DNA of 40,001 nt from Abditibacterium sp. (GCA_965246885.1 OZ251992.1:1788906-1828906); one strand, 5' to 3'; positions 1 through 7,858 are shown, counted from the first letter of the stretch. Numbers and translations are program-made. The notes: a model not told the origin generated them from the letters alone.

Positions 1-1001
1 CCGTCGGGGTCGACATTGCCTGTCGGATGAAATTATCAATCTATGAATGTTCGCCGATTATCCTTGGTCAGCAGAAGGGGAAGTTTGAGAACGCTTTGCG
101 CGACCAAACGAAGTTTGGGGCGGGCAAGGCGTGGCACGGGGCGGAACGGCGCGAGCATCCGGTGTTGGACGATCCCGATTGGAACGCTTTCGGTTTGCTT
201 CGCAAATTGCGCTACAAGGCCGAGGAGCAGTTGGGGACTTCGGGGAGCGGCAACCACTTTGTCGAGTGGGGCGAACTGGAGTTGAAAGAAGCGAGCGCGG
301 AGTTGGGGTTGGACGCGGGCAAATACCTCGCGCTCCTCTCGCACTCCGGGTCGCGCGGCGTCGGGTTCCAGATCGCCAAGGTGTACTCGAACCACGCCAA
401 CTCTTTGCATCCCCAACTGGCGGACAAGGTGCGCCACCTCGCGTGGCTGGATATGGACTCCGAAGCAGGGCAGGAATACTGGATCGGAATGGAGTTGGCC
501 GGTCGTTTCGCCGAAGCCAACCACGCCGTTATCCACCGCGAAGTCGCTAAAGCGGCGGGCCTCAAGGAGATTGCATCCGTCGAAAACCACCACAACTTCG
601 CGTGGCGCGAAACGCTATCTGATGGCGGGGAAGAGGTCATCGTTCATCGCAAAGGCGCGACTCCGGCGGGCGCGGGCGTGTTGGGCGTCATCCCCGGTTC
701 GATGGCCGACGCGGGCTACGTCGTGCGCGGCAAAGGTCTGGCGTCGAGCCTGCAATCCGCTTCGCACGGCGCGGGCCGCAAGTTGGGACGCAAAGCCGCC
801 ATTGGCTCCATCACCAAATCGCAGCGCGACCGGTATGTATCCGAGCGCGGCGTCAAAGTCTTGGGCGGCGGCTTGGACGAAGCGCCGCAAGCCTACAAGG
901 ACATCGAAGAAGTCATCGCCGCCCAGCGCGACTTAGTGGATGTGTTGGCCAAGTTCTCGCCCAAGATTGTGATGATGGCGGACGAAGCGGGGGATGTTTG
1001 A
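1..1001 (+). CDS. rtcB: RNA ligase RtcB, 5' end runs off the window
   Basis: The frame is open from base 3 (VGVDIACRM, resembling the RtcB DIGCGM region). Motifs GSGNHFVE, HSGSRGVG, ENHHNFAW, HRKGATPA and SASHGAGR follow. Confidence 0.9.
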   Translation, partial: VGVDIACRMKLSIYECSPIILGQQKGKFENALRDQTKFGAGKAWHGAERREHPVLDDPDWNAFGLLRKLRYKAEEQLGTSGSGNHFVEWGELELKEASAELGLDAGKYLALLSHSGSRGVGFQIAKVYSNHANSLHPQLADKVRHLAWLDMDSEAGQEYWIGMELAGRFAEANHAVIHREVAKAAGLKEIASVENHHNFAWRETLSDGGEEVIVHRKGATPAGAGVLGVIPGSMADAGYVVRGKGLASSLQSASHGAGRKLGRKAAIGSITKSQRDRYVSERGVKVLGGGLDEAPQAYKDIEEVIAAQRDLVDVLAKFSPKIVMMADEAGDV

Positions 1002-1045
1002 GCAAAACGCAGAAGACCAACCGGGGCCTTCTGCGTTTTGCTTTT
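1002..1045 (+). terminator. Intrinsic terminator after rtcB
   Basis: Perfect 14-bp stem GCAAAACGCAGAAG (1002-1015) / CTTCTGCGTTTTGC (1028-1041) followed by TTTT, directly after the rtcB TGA at 999-1001. Confidence 0.7.
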
Positions 1046-1058
1046 CGAGGAGAACATA

Positions 1059-1508
1059 ATGGAAGAAGAACTCAAGATAATCCCGACGACATACAAAGCC
1101 AAACTGCCGCGCGCGTTATCTTACTCTTGCGGCGCGAAAACGCTTTCCGTAGCATGGCAGGGCGTGCCACAGTTCGACTCTTTCGATCTTCAGTTTCGTT
1201 GCGACGTGCCATTAGAACTTCGGGGTTTTAGTGGACATCGGGACATCCTCTCCGTTTATCTCAGCAAGTGGCACTTCACCCAATCTTCGCGCTTTTGGGA
1301 GGAAAGAGAGGACGGAAAGCTCATGTGGAACATTAACGTCCGTGCTTGTCGGTGTGAAGACGCTCATGAAGTGCGCCAGTGGTTGCGCGACAAAGGTTTG
1401 GGGATGGCGCGTTCGTGGCTTGAACACGATGCTCATCTCAAACGGCAGAGTTCTTGGCTCGCCACATTTGATGAAGATTCGCGCGAGTTCGCCGTTCGGC
1501 ATGGCTAA
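1059..1508 (+). CDS. Hypothetical protein, 149 aa, orphan
   Basis: ATG at 1059 is preceded by AGGAG 7 nt upstream, so I prefer it to the TTG at 1038 in the ORF track. I recognise no motif. It starts immediately after the rtcB terminator T-tract. Confidence 0.55.
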   Translation: MEEELKIIPTTYKAKLPRALSYSCGAKTLSVAWQGVPQFDSFDLQFRCDVPLELRGFSGHRDILSVYLSKWHFTQSSRFWEEREDGKLMWNINVRACRCEDAHEVRQWLRDKGLGMARSWLEHDAHLKRQSSWLATFDEDSREFAVRHG

Positions 1509-1511
1509 CGC

Positions 1512-2150
1512 CTACTTCTTCTCGTTGCGCATCTTGTAAATGGTGCGGACGAGGGTTTCAGCGTCGGGGGCGGCTTCGAGGGCGAGGGCGTCGTGGACTA
1601 ACTTCTCGGCTTCGGCGGGTTTGTAGCCCATCAAGCGCAGCAGTTGGATGGCGTCGCCCGCAACATCGTTGTGCATGGCTAAACCGGCGGCTTTGGCTTG
1701 GGCGTCCAAGCCGGAGTCGTTCATCAGAGCGAACTTTTGCAGCTTGCCTTGCAGGGTGGCGACCAAGTCGCGCGCTTTTTGCTTGCCCACGCCGGGGAGA
1801 CTTTGCAAGAGCGAGTAGTTGGCGCCTTCAATGGCGGCGGCGAGCGTCGAAACGGGACGGGCGAAGGTCTGCAAGCCGCTTTTTGGCCCCATGCGCGGCA
1901 CGAGGAGGAGCTTCTCAAAGAACTCGCGCTGGATGGAGTTTTGGAAGCCGAGCAAAATGGGGGTAGCGCGGTTCTGCTCGGTTTGAAGGTAGTAGATGGT
2001 GTCGAGGGAGATTTTCTCGCCGAGGGGAGTGGCTTCGAGCGCTTTTTCAACGATGAGGGGAACGGCGATTTCGTAGGTCAGGCCGCCGGTTTCGACAAGG
2101 AGGGCGCCGTCAACGTGACCGGCGAACGTGCCGGAGATTTTGGAGATCAT
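1512..2150 (-). CDS. ruvA: Holliday junction branch-migration protein RuvA
   Basis: N-terminus MISKISGTFAGHVDGALLVETGGLTYEI, HhH region LQSLPGVGKQKA and C-terminal domain III, about 212 aa, all typical of RuvA. Confidence 0.9.
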   Translation of the reverse strand: MISKISGTFAGHVDGALLVETGGLTYEIAVPLIVEKALEATPLGEKISLDTIYYLQTEQNRATPILLGFQNSIQREFFEKLLLVPRMGPKSGLQTFARPVSTLAAAIEGANYSLLQSLPGVGKQKARDLVATLQGKLQKFALMNDSGLDAQAKAAGLAMHNDVAGDAIQLLRLMGYKPAEAEKLVHDALALEAAPDAETLVRTIYKMRNEKK

Positions 2151-2162
2151 GTAACTGTTAGT

Positions 2163-2864
2163 TTAAGTGGCCGCTTTGCGTGCCAGAAACGCCGTTGCGA
2201 TGCCGAAAGTGTGCTGGAAGGAGCGCACATCGGCGAAGTTTTCTTCTTGTAAGAGGCGCGCGAACTCGCGGCGGCTATAGAAGCCGCCGACGGATTGGGG
2301 CAGGTAGTTGTAGGCGCTTGCGTGGTGGGAGATGACGCGGCCAACAGGGGCGAGTAGGGTGTTGAACATCCCGAAAAAGCGGGCCAAGGCGGGCGAAGTC
2401 GGGCGCATGAACTCCAACACGAGCAGTCGCCCGCCCGGTCGCAGGACGCGGTTGATCTCTTGGATGCCGCGCCGCGTGTCCTCGAAGTTGCGCACGCCAA
2501 AGGCGACCGAGACGGCATCAAACTCCCCATCGGCGAAGGGGAGCTCGAGCGCGTCGGCTTCTATATAAGGATGCAAATCGTCTTTGGCACGCGCGATGTC
2601 GAGCATGCGCGGCGAAAAGTCGGCGCCGGTGATGGCAGCGTCGGGCGCTTGACGGGCGAGTTCGCGCGTCAGTTCGCCGGAGCCGCAACATAAATCCAGA
2701 ACGCGCTCACCGCGCCGCACGCACAGCCGCTTGGCCGCGCGGCGGCGCCAGATGGCGTCCTGATTTCCCGACAAAAGGCCGTTAAGCAGGTCATAAGTCG
2801 GCGCAATGTCGTCGAACATGGCGCGAACGGCGGCGCTCGATTTGTCGGGTTGGGGCAAGTTCAT
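2163..2864 (-). CDS. ubiE: Demethylmenaquinone/ubiquinone C-methyltransferase, UbiE/MenG family
   Basis: FDDIAPTYDLLN, SAM motif VLDLCCGSGELT, then VAFGVRNF and GGRLLVLEF. These match the UbiE/MenG class I methyltransferase pattern. Confidence 0.85.
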   Translation of the reverse strand: MNLPQPDKSSAAVRAMFDDIAPTYDLLNGLLSGNQDAIWRRRAAKRLCVRRGERVLDLCCGSGELTRELARQAPDAAITGADFSPRMLDIARAKDDLHPYIEADALELPFADGEFDAVSVAFGVRNFEDTRRGIQEINRVLRPGGRLLVLEFMRPTSPALARFFGMFNTLLAPVGRVISHHASAYNYLPQSVGGFYSRREFARLLQEENFADVRSFQHTFGIATAFLARKAAT

Positions 2865-2930
2865 CGTGCGGATGAAGACGCCCGCCCGAAAGCAAGGGAA
2901 ACGGGTTTTAGCGAAACACAGATGCCGGGG

Positions 2931-3866
2931 TTAGAAGTCCCCGCCACCCGAATCGAAGCCGCCACCGTCATCGAAGCTGCTGCCGGAATCGAAGGCGCTA
3001 CCTGAATCGAAGCCGCCGCCCGCATCAGCCGGATCGCCGTACGGGTCGGCGGAGGAATCGAGGCCGAGGCTGCCTTGGCCGGGGTCGTAACCGGCGTTGG
3101 TGTCATAGCCGGTGTTTTGGAAGCCGGAGTTGGCAGCGTCGCTGGGGTCGCCGTAAGGGTCGGCAGAAGCGTCCAACCCGCCACTGCCGGGCGCGAAATA
3201 ATCTATCGGGTTGTAGTCGGAAACGCCGCCGGGAACGCTTGCGGCTTCGGGCGAACTTTGGAAGCCGCGCTCGTTGTCGTGGTGCGAGAAAAAGGAGTTG
3301 GCGATGGAACTACCGATGAACGAACCGGCCATGCTGGAAAGCAAGCCGCCCGCGAGCATGCCGCCCATGCCCCCCATCATGCCACCGCCACCCATCATGC
3401 CGCCACCCATCGGCTGGGCGTAGCCCGCTTGCTGAGGTTGGCCGTAGCCCATCGGCTGTTGCCCGCCGTAGCCGGGTTGAGCCGGGGCGCCGAAAGTCCG
3501 CTCTATAAAGCCGGGTTGCCGAATTTCGGCGCGGGTCGTGGCTTGGGCGAGCGAGCGCGGATCGAGGGTGATGCGCCCCGCTTCGGCAAGCGGCACGTTC
3601 TGCGTGAGTTGTTGCAACACCATCTGGCGTTGCTCCGGCGTCAAGCGAGCGAAGGCTTCTTCATGCGCGCGCTCAAGGTCTTCGGGCGGCGCGGTTTGCA
3701 GCATATACCGATAGCGCGCGATGGCCTGCTCGTCGGCGTTTTGCGGGCGGTTTGGGTTGCCATACACGCCTGGTTGTGCATTGAAGCCGTAAGCGGCGCC
3801 CGGAGGGGGCGCGGGTTGTGGTTGCGGCTCATCGTGGTGGCCAAAGAGTTTGTCGAGGAATCCCAT
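2931..3866 (-). CDS. Hypothetical low-complexity Gly/Met/Asp-rich protein
   Basis: ATG at 3866 (MGFLDKLFG) with AAGGAGGG upstream. The upstream extension in the ORF track lacks an RBS. It has an internal repeat GLDxSADPYGDPxDA and GGMMGG tracts. Confidence 0.6.
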   Translation of the reverse strand: MGFLDKLFGHHDEPQPQPAPPPGAAYGFNAQPGVYGNPNRPQNADEQAIARYRYMLQTAPPEDLERAHEEAFARLTPEQRQMVLQQLTQNVPLAEAGRITLDPRSLAQATTRAEIRQPGFIERTFGAPAQPGYGGQQPMGYGQPQQAGYAQPMGGGMMGGGGMMGGMGGMLAGGLLSSMAGSFIGSSIANSFFSHHDNERGFQSSPEAASVPGGVSDYNPIDYFAPGSGGLDASADPYGDPSDAANSGFQNTGYDTNAGYDPGQGSLGLDSSADPYGDPADAGGGFDSGSAFDSGSSFDDGGGFDSGGGDF

Positions 3867-3950
3867 AACGGCCCTCCTTGTTGCGTTTTGCGAACCAAAA
3901 CGGGCAGGGGATGTAAAGGAGTTTGGAGAGGCTTGCTTCTGCTGTTGCCC

Positions 3951-4004
3951 GACCACTAAAGTGGCGGCTTGGCCAGAGGCCCCCAAGCCGCCACTTTAGT
4001 GGTC
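3951..4004. repeat. Perfect 22-bp inverted repeat (hairpin) between the CAP-domain gene and the Gly-rich gene
   Basis: GACCACTAAAGTGGCGGCTTGG (3951-3972), a 10-nt loop, then CCAAGCCGCCACTTTAGTGGTC (3983-4004). No U-tract follows on the minus strand. Confidence 0.8.
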
Positions 4005-4025
4005 GGTCTTTACGTCGCCCAGCCC

Positions 4026-4568
4026 CTAAAAAGGGGCAGAAAACATCTGCGTTATCCACAAGTCCCCCGTCGCGTCGGTGGTGAAGCCGATGCCGATACG
4101 GGTCACGTCGCGGTTGAGCAAGTTCGCGCGGTGATGGGGTGACTTCATCAGGGCGGCGTGCGCGTCGAGGACATCCTTCGCGGTCAAAAAGGAGCGGCTG
4201 CCCCACACGCGGTAGATGTTTTCGGCGACGATGTGGGGAGTAACGCCCATGCCCGCGACGTAGCGGTCGAGCGGATCGCGGAGTGCGGGCGTGGGCGATT
4301 CGTGCGCGAAATACTTCAAGTCGCGCATCTCGGCGGAGTGCGCGCGGGCGACTTCGGCCAACCGCGCGTCGCTTTTCAAGCGAGAAAGCCCCTGCTTCTC
4401 GCGCTCATCGTTGATGGTCTGGAGCATGGACGCTTCCAACTTCGACAAACGCGCATCGCTCGCCGCCAACCGCGCGGCCACCGGCTCGGCGTGCGCGCGC
4501 CCCGCAACGCCTACTCCCAACGCGGCGCCCAGCGCCACCCCCACCATCAACCGAGAACGACGAAACAT
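4026..4568 (-). CDS. Secreted CAP/SCP (YkwD-like) domain protein
   Basis: Signal-like N-terminus MFRRSRLMVGVALGAALGVGVAG from the ATG at 4568. CAP-domain pattern NDEREKQGL...AHSAEM...YFAHESP...HHRANLL. Confidence 0.8.
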   Translation of the reverse strand: MFRRSRLMVGVALGAALGVGVAGRAHAEPVAARLAASDARLSKLEASMLQTINDEREKQGLSRLKSDARLAEVARAHSAEMRDLKYFAHESPTPALRDPLDRYVAGMGVTPHIVAENIYRVWGSRSFLTAKDVLDAHAALMKSPHHRANLLNRDVTRIGIGFTTDATGDLWITQMFSAPF

Positions 4569-4646
4569 AACGTGCCCATTTAGACCCACGCAGGGGCGAG
4601 GGGTTGCTTTGGAACTGGCGAACCCACAGCCGTTCTTAAGGCTCAC

Positions 4647-5078
4647 TCAATCAAAGCCGAACACGATTCGCACGCGGTCATCGCCGCACCGTTTGGCGAG
4701 GTGGGCGACCGTTTCCAGCAGAAATTGCACGGGAACGCTTAGATTGTCGTGCGAAAGATTAGCGTGTTCCAATGCCGCGACCAGTTCATCGGCGAGTAGC
4801 CAACTGATGCCGCATGCACCATCCAATTCTCGCTTGACCAGCCAATTACAATCGGTCGGAAAAGAGCGCAACGGGAACAGAGGCTTGATGCCGTTTTCTG
4901 TGTTGCGGATACCTGCCAACGCGGAGAAGAACTCGTAGTCCTTGTAACCGCTGATTGCGTCACCGCGCAAGTCCCACACGGAAACATTATCGTCGAAGGG
5001 TTGAAGATGCCGCTCGGCAGGATAATCCTCAGCGCGCGTAAAGTCGTATTCGATAAAGACGTGGATGTCTGTTCCCAT
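4647..5078 (-). CDS. Hypothetical protein, 143 aa, orphan
   Basis: ATG at 5078 (MGTDIHVFIEYD) with GGAGGA 4 nt upstream, directly after a terminator T-tract. No recognised domain. Confidence 0.6.
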   Translation of the reverse strand: MGTDIHVFIEYDFTRAEDYPAERHLQPFDDNVSVWDLRGDAISGYKDYEFFSALAGIRNTENGIKPLFPLRSFPTDCNWLVKRELDGACGISWLLADELVAALEHANLSHDNLSVPVQFLLETVAHLAKRCGDDRVRIVFGFD

Positions 5079-5085
5079 TGTTCCT

Positions 5086-5172
5086 CCAAACAAAAACAGC
5101 CGCCAGTCTGACCAACTGGCGGCTGTTCATCTAAAGCGCGATTACGCTTCGGTGGTTTCGGTCGTTTCGCCG
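5086..5172 (-). repeat. Duplicated copy of the rplO 3' end plus its intrinsic terminator (copy A)
   Basis: 5086-5104 and 5133-5162 are identical to 5975-5993 and 6021-6050. It encodes ...ETTETTEA-stop like the rplO tail. The terminator stem is CAGCCGCCAGT/ACTGGCGGCTG followed by TTTTTGTTTGG on the minus strand. Confidence 0.85.
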
Positions 5173-5192
5173 ACTTCTAACATCGGCGCGGG

Positions 5193-5660
5193 TTAGCGGA
5201 TGAAGAGTGCGCGGCAGAATCCGGCTTCTTGCATTGGCTTGATTTCGGTGCGGTCTTTGGAAACGAACTCTGCGTTCAAGCGCCGCGAAAGGGCCATTCC
5301 GAAGGCGTCGCCGAGCGCCAAACGGGGGACTTGTTTGGGTTTGTCCGGGTCGCGTGGCATGGCTCGCCGCTCTGCGATGAGAAGCGCGACATCTTGCCAA
5401 AACGTGGTGTCCAAGTCGCTCCGCTCTTGCACTCGGCAAACTGTCCGCAACTGAGCCAGCGCGTTTTGGGCGTCGCGCAGATTGGCCGCAATCGAGGGCG
5501 GCCCGAAATCATAAAAGACCTCGGCCAAGTTCACGGAATGGGCGAAGCAAGCCGCGTCAGGCGCCTTGAACAAACCCGCGACCATCGGGCCTTCGGGTTC
5601 GCCGTTTAGATAAGCCAACATCGCGCTTGAATCGAAGACCAGCACGCGCGGGTTGGGCAT
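5193..5660 (-). CDS. vapC: PIN-domain ribonuclease toxin, VapC-like
   Basis: VLVFDSSAMLAYL has the N-terminal PIN aspartate. Later acidic positions are LAEV, LGDAF and SKDRTE. About 155 aa. The start ATG overlaps the upstream stop (TGATG). Confidence 0.8.
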   Translation of the reverse strand: MPNPRVLVFDSSAMLAYLNGEPEGPMVAGLFKAPDAACFAHSVNLAEVFYDFGPPSIAANLRDAQNALAQLRTVCRVQERSDLDTTFWQDVALLIAERRAMPRDPDKPKQVPRLALGDAFGMALSRRLNAEFVSKDRTEIKPMQEAGFCRALFIR

Positions 5661-5941
5661 CAAGAGTTTGGCTCCCGTTGTCGCCGCTCCAGCGCCGCGA
5701 GGTAGTCCGCTTCGCCTTCGGCATGACGCTCGGCCAGAAATTCGTCCACGCTGCGCCCGCGTCCGGCGAACATTCCCAGCCCCGCGTCCACCGCCGCCAC
5801 CCGCGCGGCTTCGGCGTCATCGGGCGCGGCGAACGGCTCCAACACCGACAGCGCCCACGCTTCGAGCGGCACGCCCTGCTCCCGCGCCGCGCGTTCGATG
5901 CCCGCAAAAACGCGCGGCGGGATGTCCAAAGTTAAAGTCAT
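5660..5941 (-). CDS. Putative antitoxin, VapB-like, 93 aa
   Basis: Small ORF from the ATG at 5941 (MTLTLDIPPRVFAGIERAAREQG), immediately upstream of and overlapping the PIN gene. Assignment rests on position and size only. Confidence 0.6.
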   Translation of the reverse strand: MTLTLDIPPRVFAGIERAAREQGVPLEAWALSVLEPFAAPDDAEAARVAAVDAGLGMFAGRGRSVDEFLAERHAEGEADYLAALERRQREPNS

Positions 5942-5974
5942 GGCTGATTCTGCCTTCAAGTTTCCCTTAACGCG

Positions 5975-6015
5975 CCAAACAAAAACAGCCGCCGATTGAA
6001 GAATGGGCGGCTGTT
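5975..6015 (-). terminator. Intrinsic terminator after rplO (copy B of the duplicated segment 5975-6067)
   Basis: On the minus strand, AACAGCCGCC, a loop, then GGCGGCTGTT followed by TTTTTGTTTGG, starting 15 nt after the rplO TAA. Confidence 0.75.
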
Positions 6016-6029
6016 TGTTCAAAGCGCGA

Positions 6030-6566
6030 TTACGCTTCGGTGGTTTCGGTTTCCGTCGTCTCGGCGGCTACTTTGGGTTTGCGGCCCGAATAGTTCACTT
6101 TGACGATGAGTTCCATTGTGCCGCCGATGGCTTCGATGGCGGCGGCGGCGGACTCGGTGAAGTGGTTGGCGCGGATGGTGAGCGGTTTGGTCAGTTCGCC
6201 CACGCCCAACACGCGCAGACCGTCGAAGCGGCCTTTGACGAGGCCCGATGAACGCAGCAAGGCGGCGTCCACGACCGTGCCTGCGGGCAGGCGGTCGAGT
6301 TGCGACAGGTTGACGATGCCGTATTCCTTGCGCGTCGGGCCGATGGGCATGGCGCCTTTGCCTTTGCCGCGCAGTTTCGGGAGGCGACGAAAAAGCGGGG
6401 TTTGGCCGCCTTCAAAGCCCGGTTTGACCGAGTTGCGCGCGTGCTGACCTTTCTGGCCGCGCGTCGAGGTCTTGCCGTGACCCGAACCGATGCCGCGCCC
6501 GACGCGCTTCTTCTTTTTGCGCGCGCCCTTGGCGGGACGGAGGTTGGTGAGTGTTAAAAGTTCCAT
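6030..6566 (-). CDS. rplO: 50S ribosomal protein L15
   Basis: MELLTLTNLRPAKGARKKKKRVGRGIGSGHGKTSTRG from the ATG at 6566. The upstream part of the ORF track entry covers a palindrome. There is a Thr/Glu-rich C-terminal extension. Confidence 0.93.
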   Translation of the reverse strand: MELLTLTNLRPAKGARKKKKRVGRGIGSGHGKTSTRGQKGQHARNSVKPGFEGGQTPLFRRLPKLRGKGKGAMPIGPTRKEYGIVNLSQLDRLPAGTVVDAALLRSSGLVKGRFDGLRVLGVGELTKPLTIRANHFTESAAAAIEAIGGTMELIVKVNYSGRKPKVAAETTETETTEA

Positions 6567-6596
6567 GATAAGTTGCGTCCGATGAATAATGGCTTG

Positions 6597-6669
6597 CCGA
6601 TTGGAAGAGGGCGGTAGCCCCGCTCCTGCCCACTTGGTCGAAGCGGGGCTACCGCCCTCTTCCAATCGG
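6597..6669. repeat. 28-bp-stem perfect palindromic element in the rpmD-rplO spacer
   Basis: CCGATTGGAAGAGGGCGGTAGCCCCGCT (6597-6624), a 17-nt loop, then its exact reverse complement (6642-6669). The same unit recurs at 16289-16355. Confidence 0.9.
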
Positions 6670-6682
6670 GGTTGGCCAACGG

Positions 6683-6883
6683 CTACGCTTCTTCGACCGT
6701 GACGAGGTGTTTGATTTTGAACACCATGCCGCGCACGCTATCGTTGGCGGGGAGGACGTTGACCGCGCCCATTTTGCGGAGACCGAGGGCCACGGCCGTT
6801 TGCTGCTGGTCTTTGGGATTGCCGATCAAACTTTTGGTCAGAGTCACCTTGATATTCGATGACGAGTGGTTGTCTGGATTCAT
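6683..6883 (-). CDS. rpmD: 50S ribosomal protein L30
   Basis: IKVTLTKSLIGNPKDQQQTAVALGLRKMG...VRGMVFKIKHLVTVEE from the ATG at 6883. Confidence 0.88.
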   Translation of the reverse strand: MNPDNHSSSNIKVTLTKSLIGNPKDQQQTAVALGLRKMGAVNVLPANDSVRGMVFKIKHLVTVEEA

Positions 6884-7412
6884 AGAGGCTTGCGTCCTTG
6901 AGTTGGCGGGGAATCGCCAGTTGTTCGATTGAAATACCGCGCCGCGCGGCCACGTCGGTGGCGCGCTGCATTTGTCGGAGGCCGTCGAGGACGGCATACA
7001 CGTTGTTGATAGCGTTGTCGCTACCCATCGCTTTGGTCAGGATGTCGGTGATGCCCGCCGCTTCGAGAACGGCGCGCGCGGCGGGGCCAGCGATAACGCC
7101 CGTTCCCGGCGAGGCCGGTTTGAGCATGACGCGGGCGCTGCCGTTGCGACCGATGACCATGTGCGGCACGGTCGAGCCGACCATCGAGACTTCGATGAGG
7201 TTCTTGGCCGCGCTTTGCGAGCCTTTGCGAATCGAGTCGGGAACGCTCGCCGATTTGCCCATGCCGACGCCGACGTGTCCGTTGGCGTCGCCCACGACGA
7301 TCAGCGACGAGAAACGGCGCTTGCGGCCACCTTTGACGGTTTTGGAAACCGGCTTGAGTTGGACGACTTTTTCAACCCGTAATTGTTCGGAATCTACTTG
7401 AACTCGTGCCAT
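6738..7412 (-). CDS. rpsE: 30S ribosomal protein S5, with the frame continuing 146 nt into rpmD
   Basis: KVVQLKPVSKTVKGGRKRRFSSLIVVGD...GTGVIAGPAARAVLEAAGI is canonical S5. There is no in-frame stop until 6738. Confidence 0.85.
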   Translation of the reverse strand: MARVQVDSEQLRVEKVVQLKPVSKTVKGGRKRRFSSLIVVGDANGHVGVGMGKSASVPDSIRKGSQSAAKNLIEVSMVGSTVPHMVIGRNGSARVMLKPASPGTGVIAGPAARAVLEAAGITDILTKAMGSDNAINNVYAVLDGLRQMQRATDVAARRGISIEQLAIPRQLKDASLYESRQPLVIEYQGDSDQKFDRQSQRPAANGRGPRSPQNGRGQRPPRQR

Positions 7413-7415
7413 AAT

Positions 7416-7784
7416 TTAAAATACCAAGCCGCCCTCGCGCGCAGCCTCGGCCAATTCCTTGACCACGCCGTGATAGCCCACGCCGTTGCGGTCGAAAACG
7501 ACCATCTCGATGCCCGCCGCCTTTGCGCGCTCGGCAACCGAAGCGCCCACAACGCGGGCGGCGGAACAAGAGCCTTTGCCGCCTTCGATGCCCGCCGCGA
7601 TGTCCTTTTGAACAGTCGAGACCGCGACGAGGGTTTTGCCGTTCACGTCGTCAATGACCTGAACATGGATGTGCTTGAGCGTTTTGTTCACGCACAAACG
7701 CGGGCGATTGGGAGTGCCCGTGACTTTCTGCCGCAAGCGCAAATGACGGCGCTGGCGCAGTTGAACTGAAGTTTTCTTTGCCAT
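7416..7784 (-). CDS. rplR: 50S ribosomal protein L18
   Basis: [35 protein letters not shown]...[18 protein letters not shown]. Confidence 0.93.
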   Translation of the reverse strand: MAKKTSVQLRQRRHLRLRQKVTGTPNRPRLCVNKTLKHIHVQVIDDVNGKTLVAVSTVQKDIAAGIEGGKGSCSAARVVGASVAERAKAAGIEMVVFDRNGVGYHGVVKELAEAAREGGLVF

Positions 7785-7858
7785 GATTGATGTGCCCCGA
7801 TTACCGACCGGGGCGGATTAGTATGAGAGGTAAATGCGTGGTTGGGTTACGAACTGAC

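Noticed and set aside
5131-5439. 102-aa minus-strand ORF overlapping vapC
   Set aside because: It is an alternative frame of the PIN gene and is Arg-rich. Its 3' end merely runs through the duplicated rplO-tail fragment.
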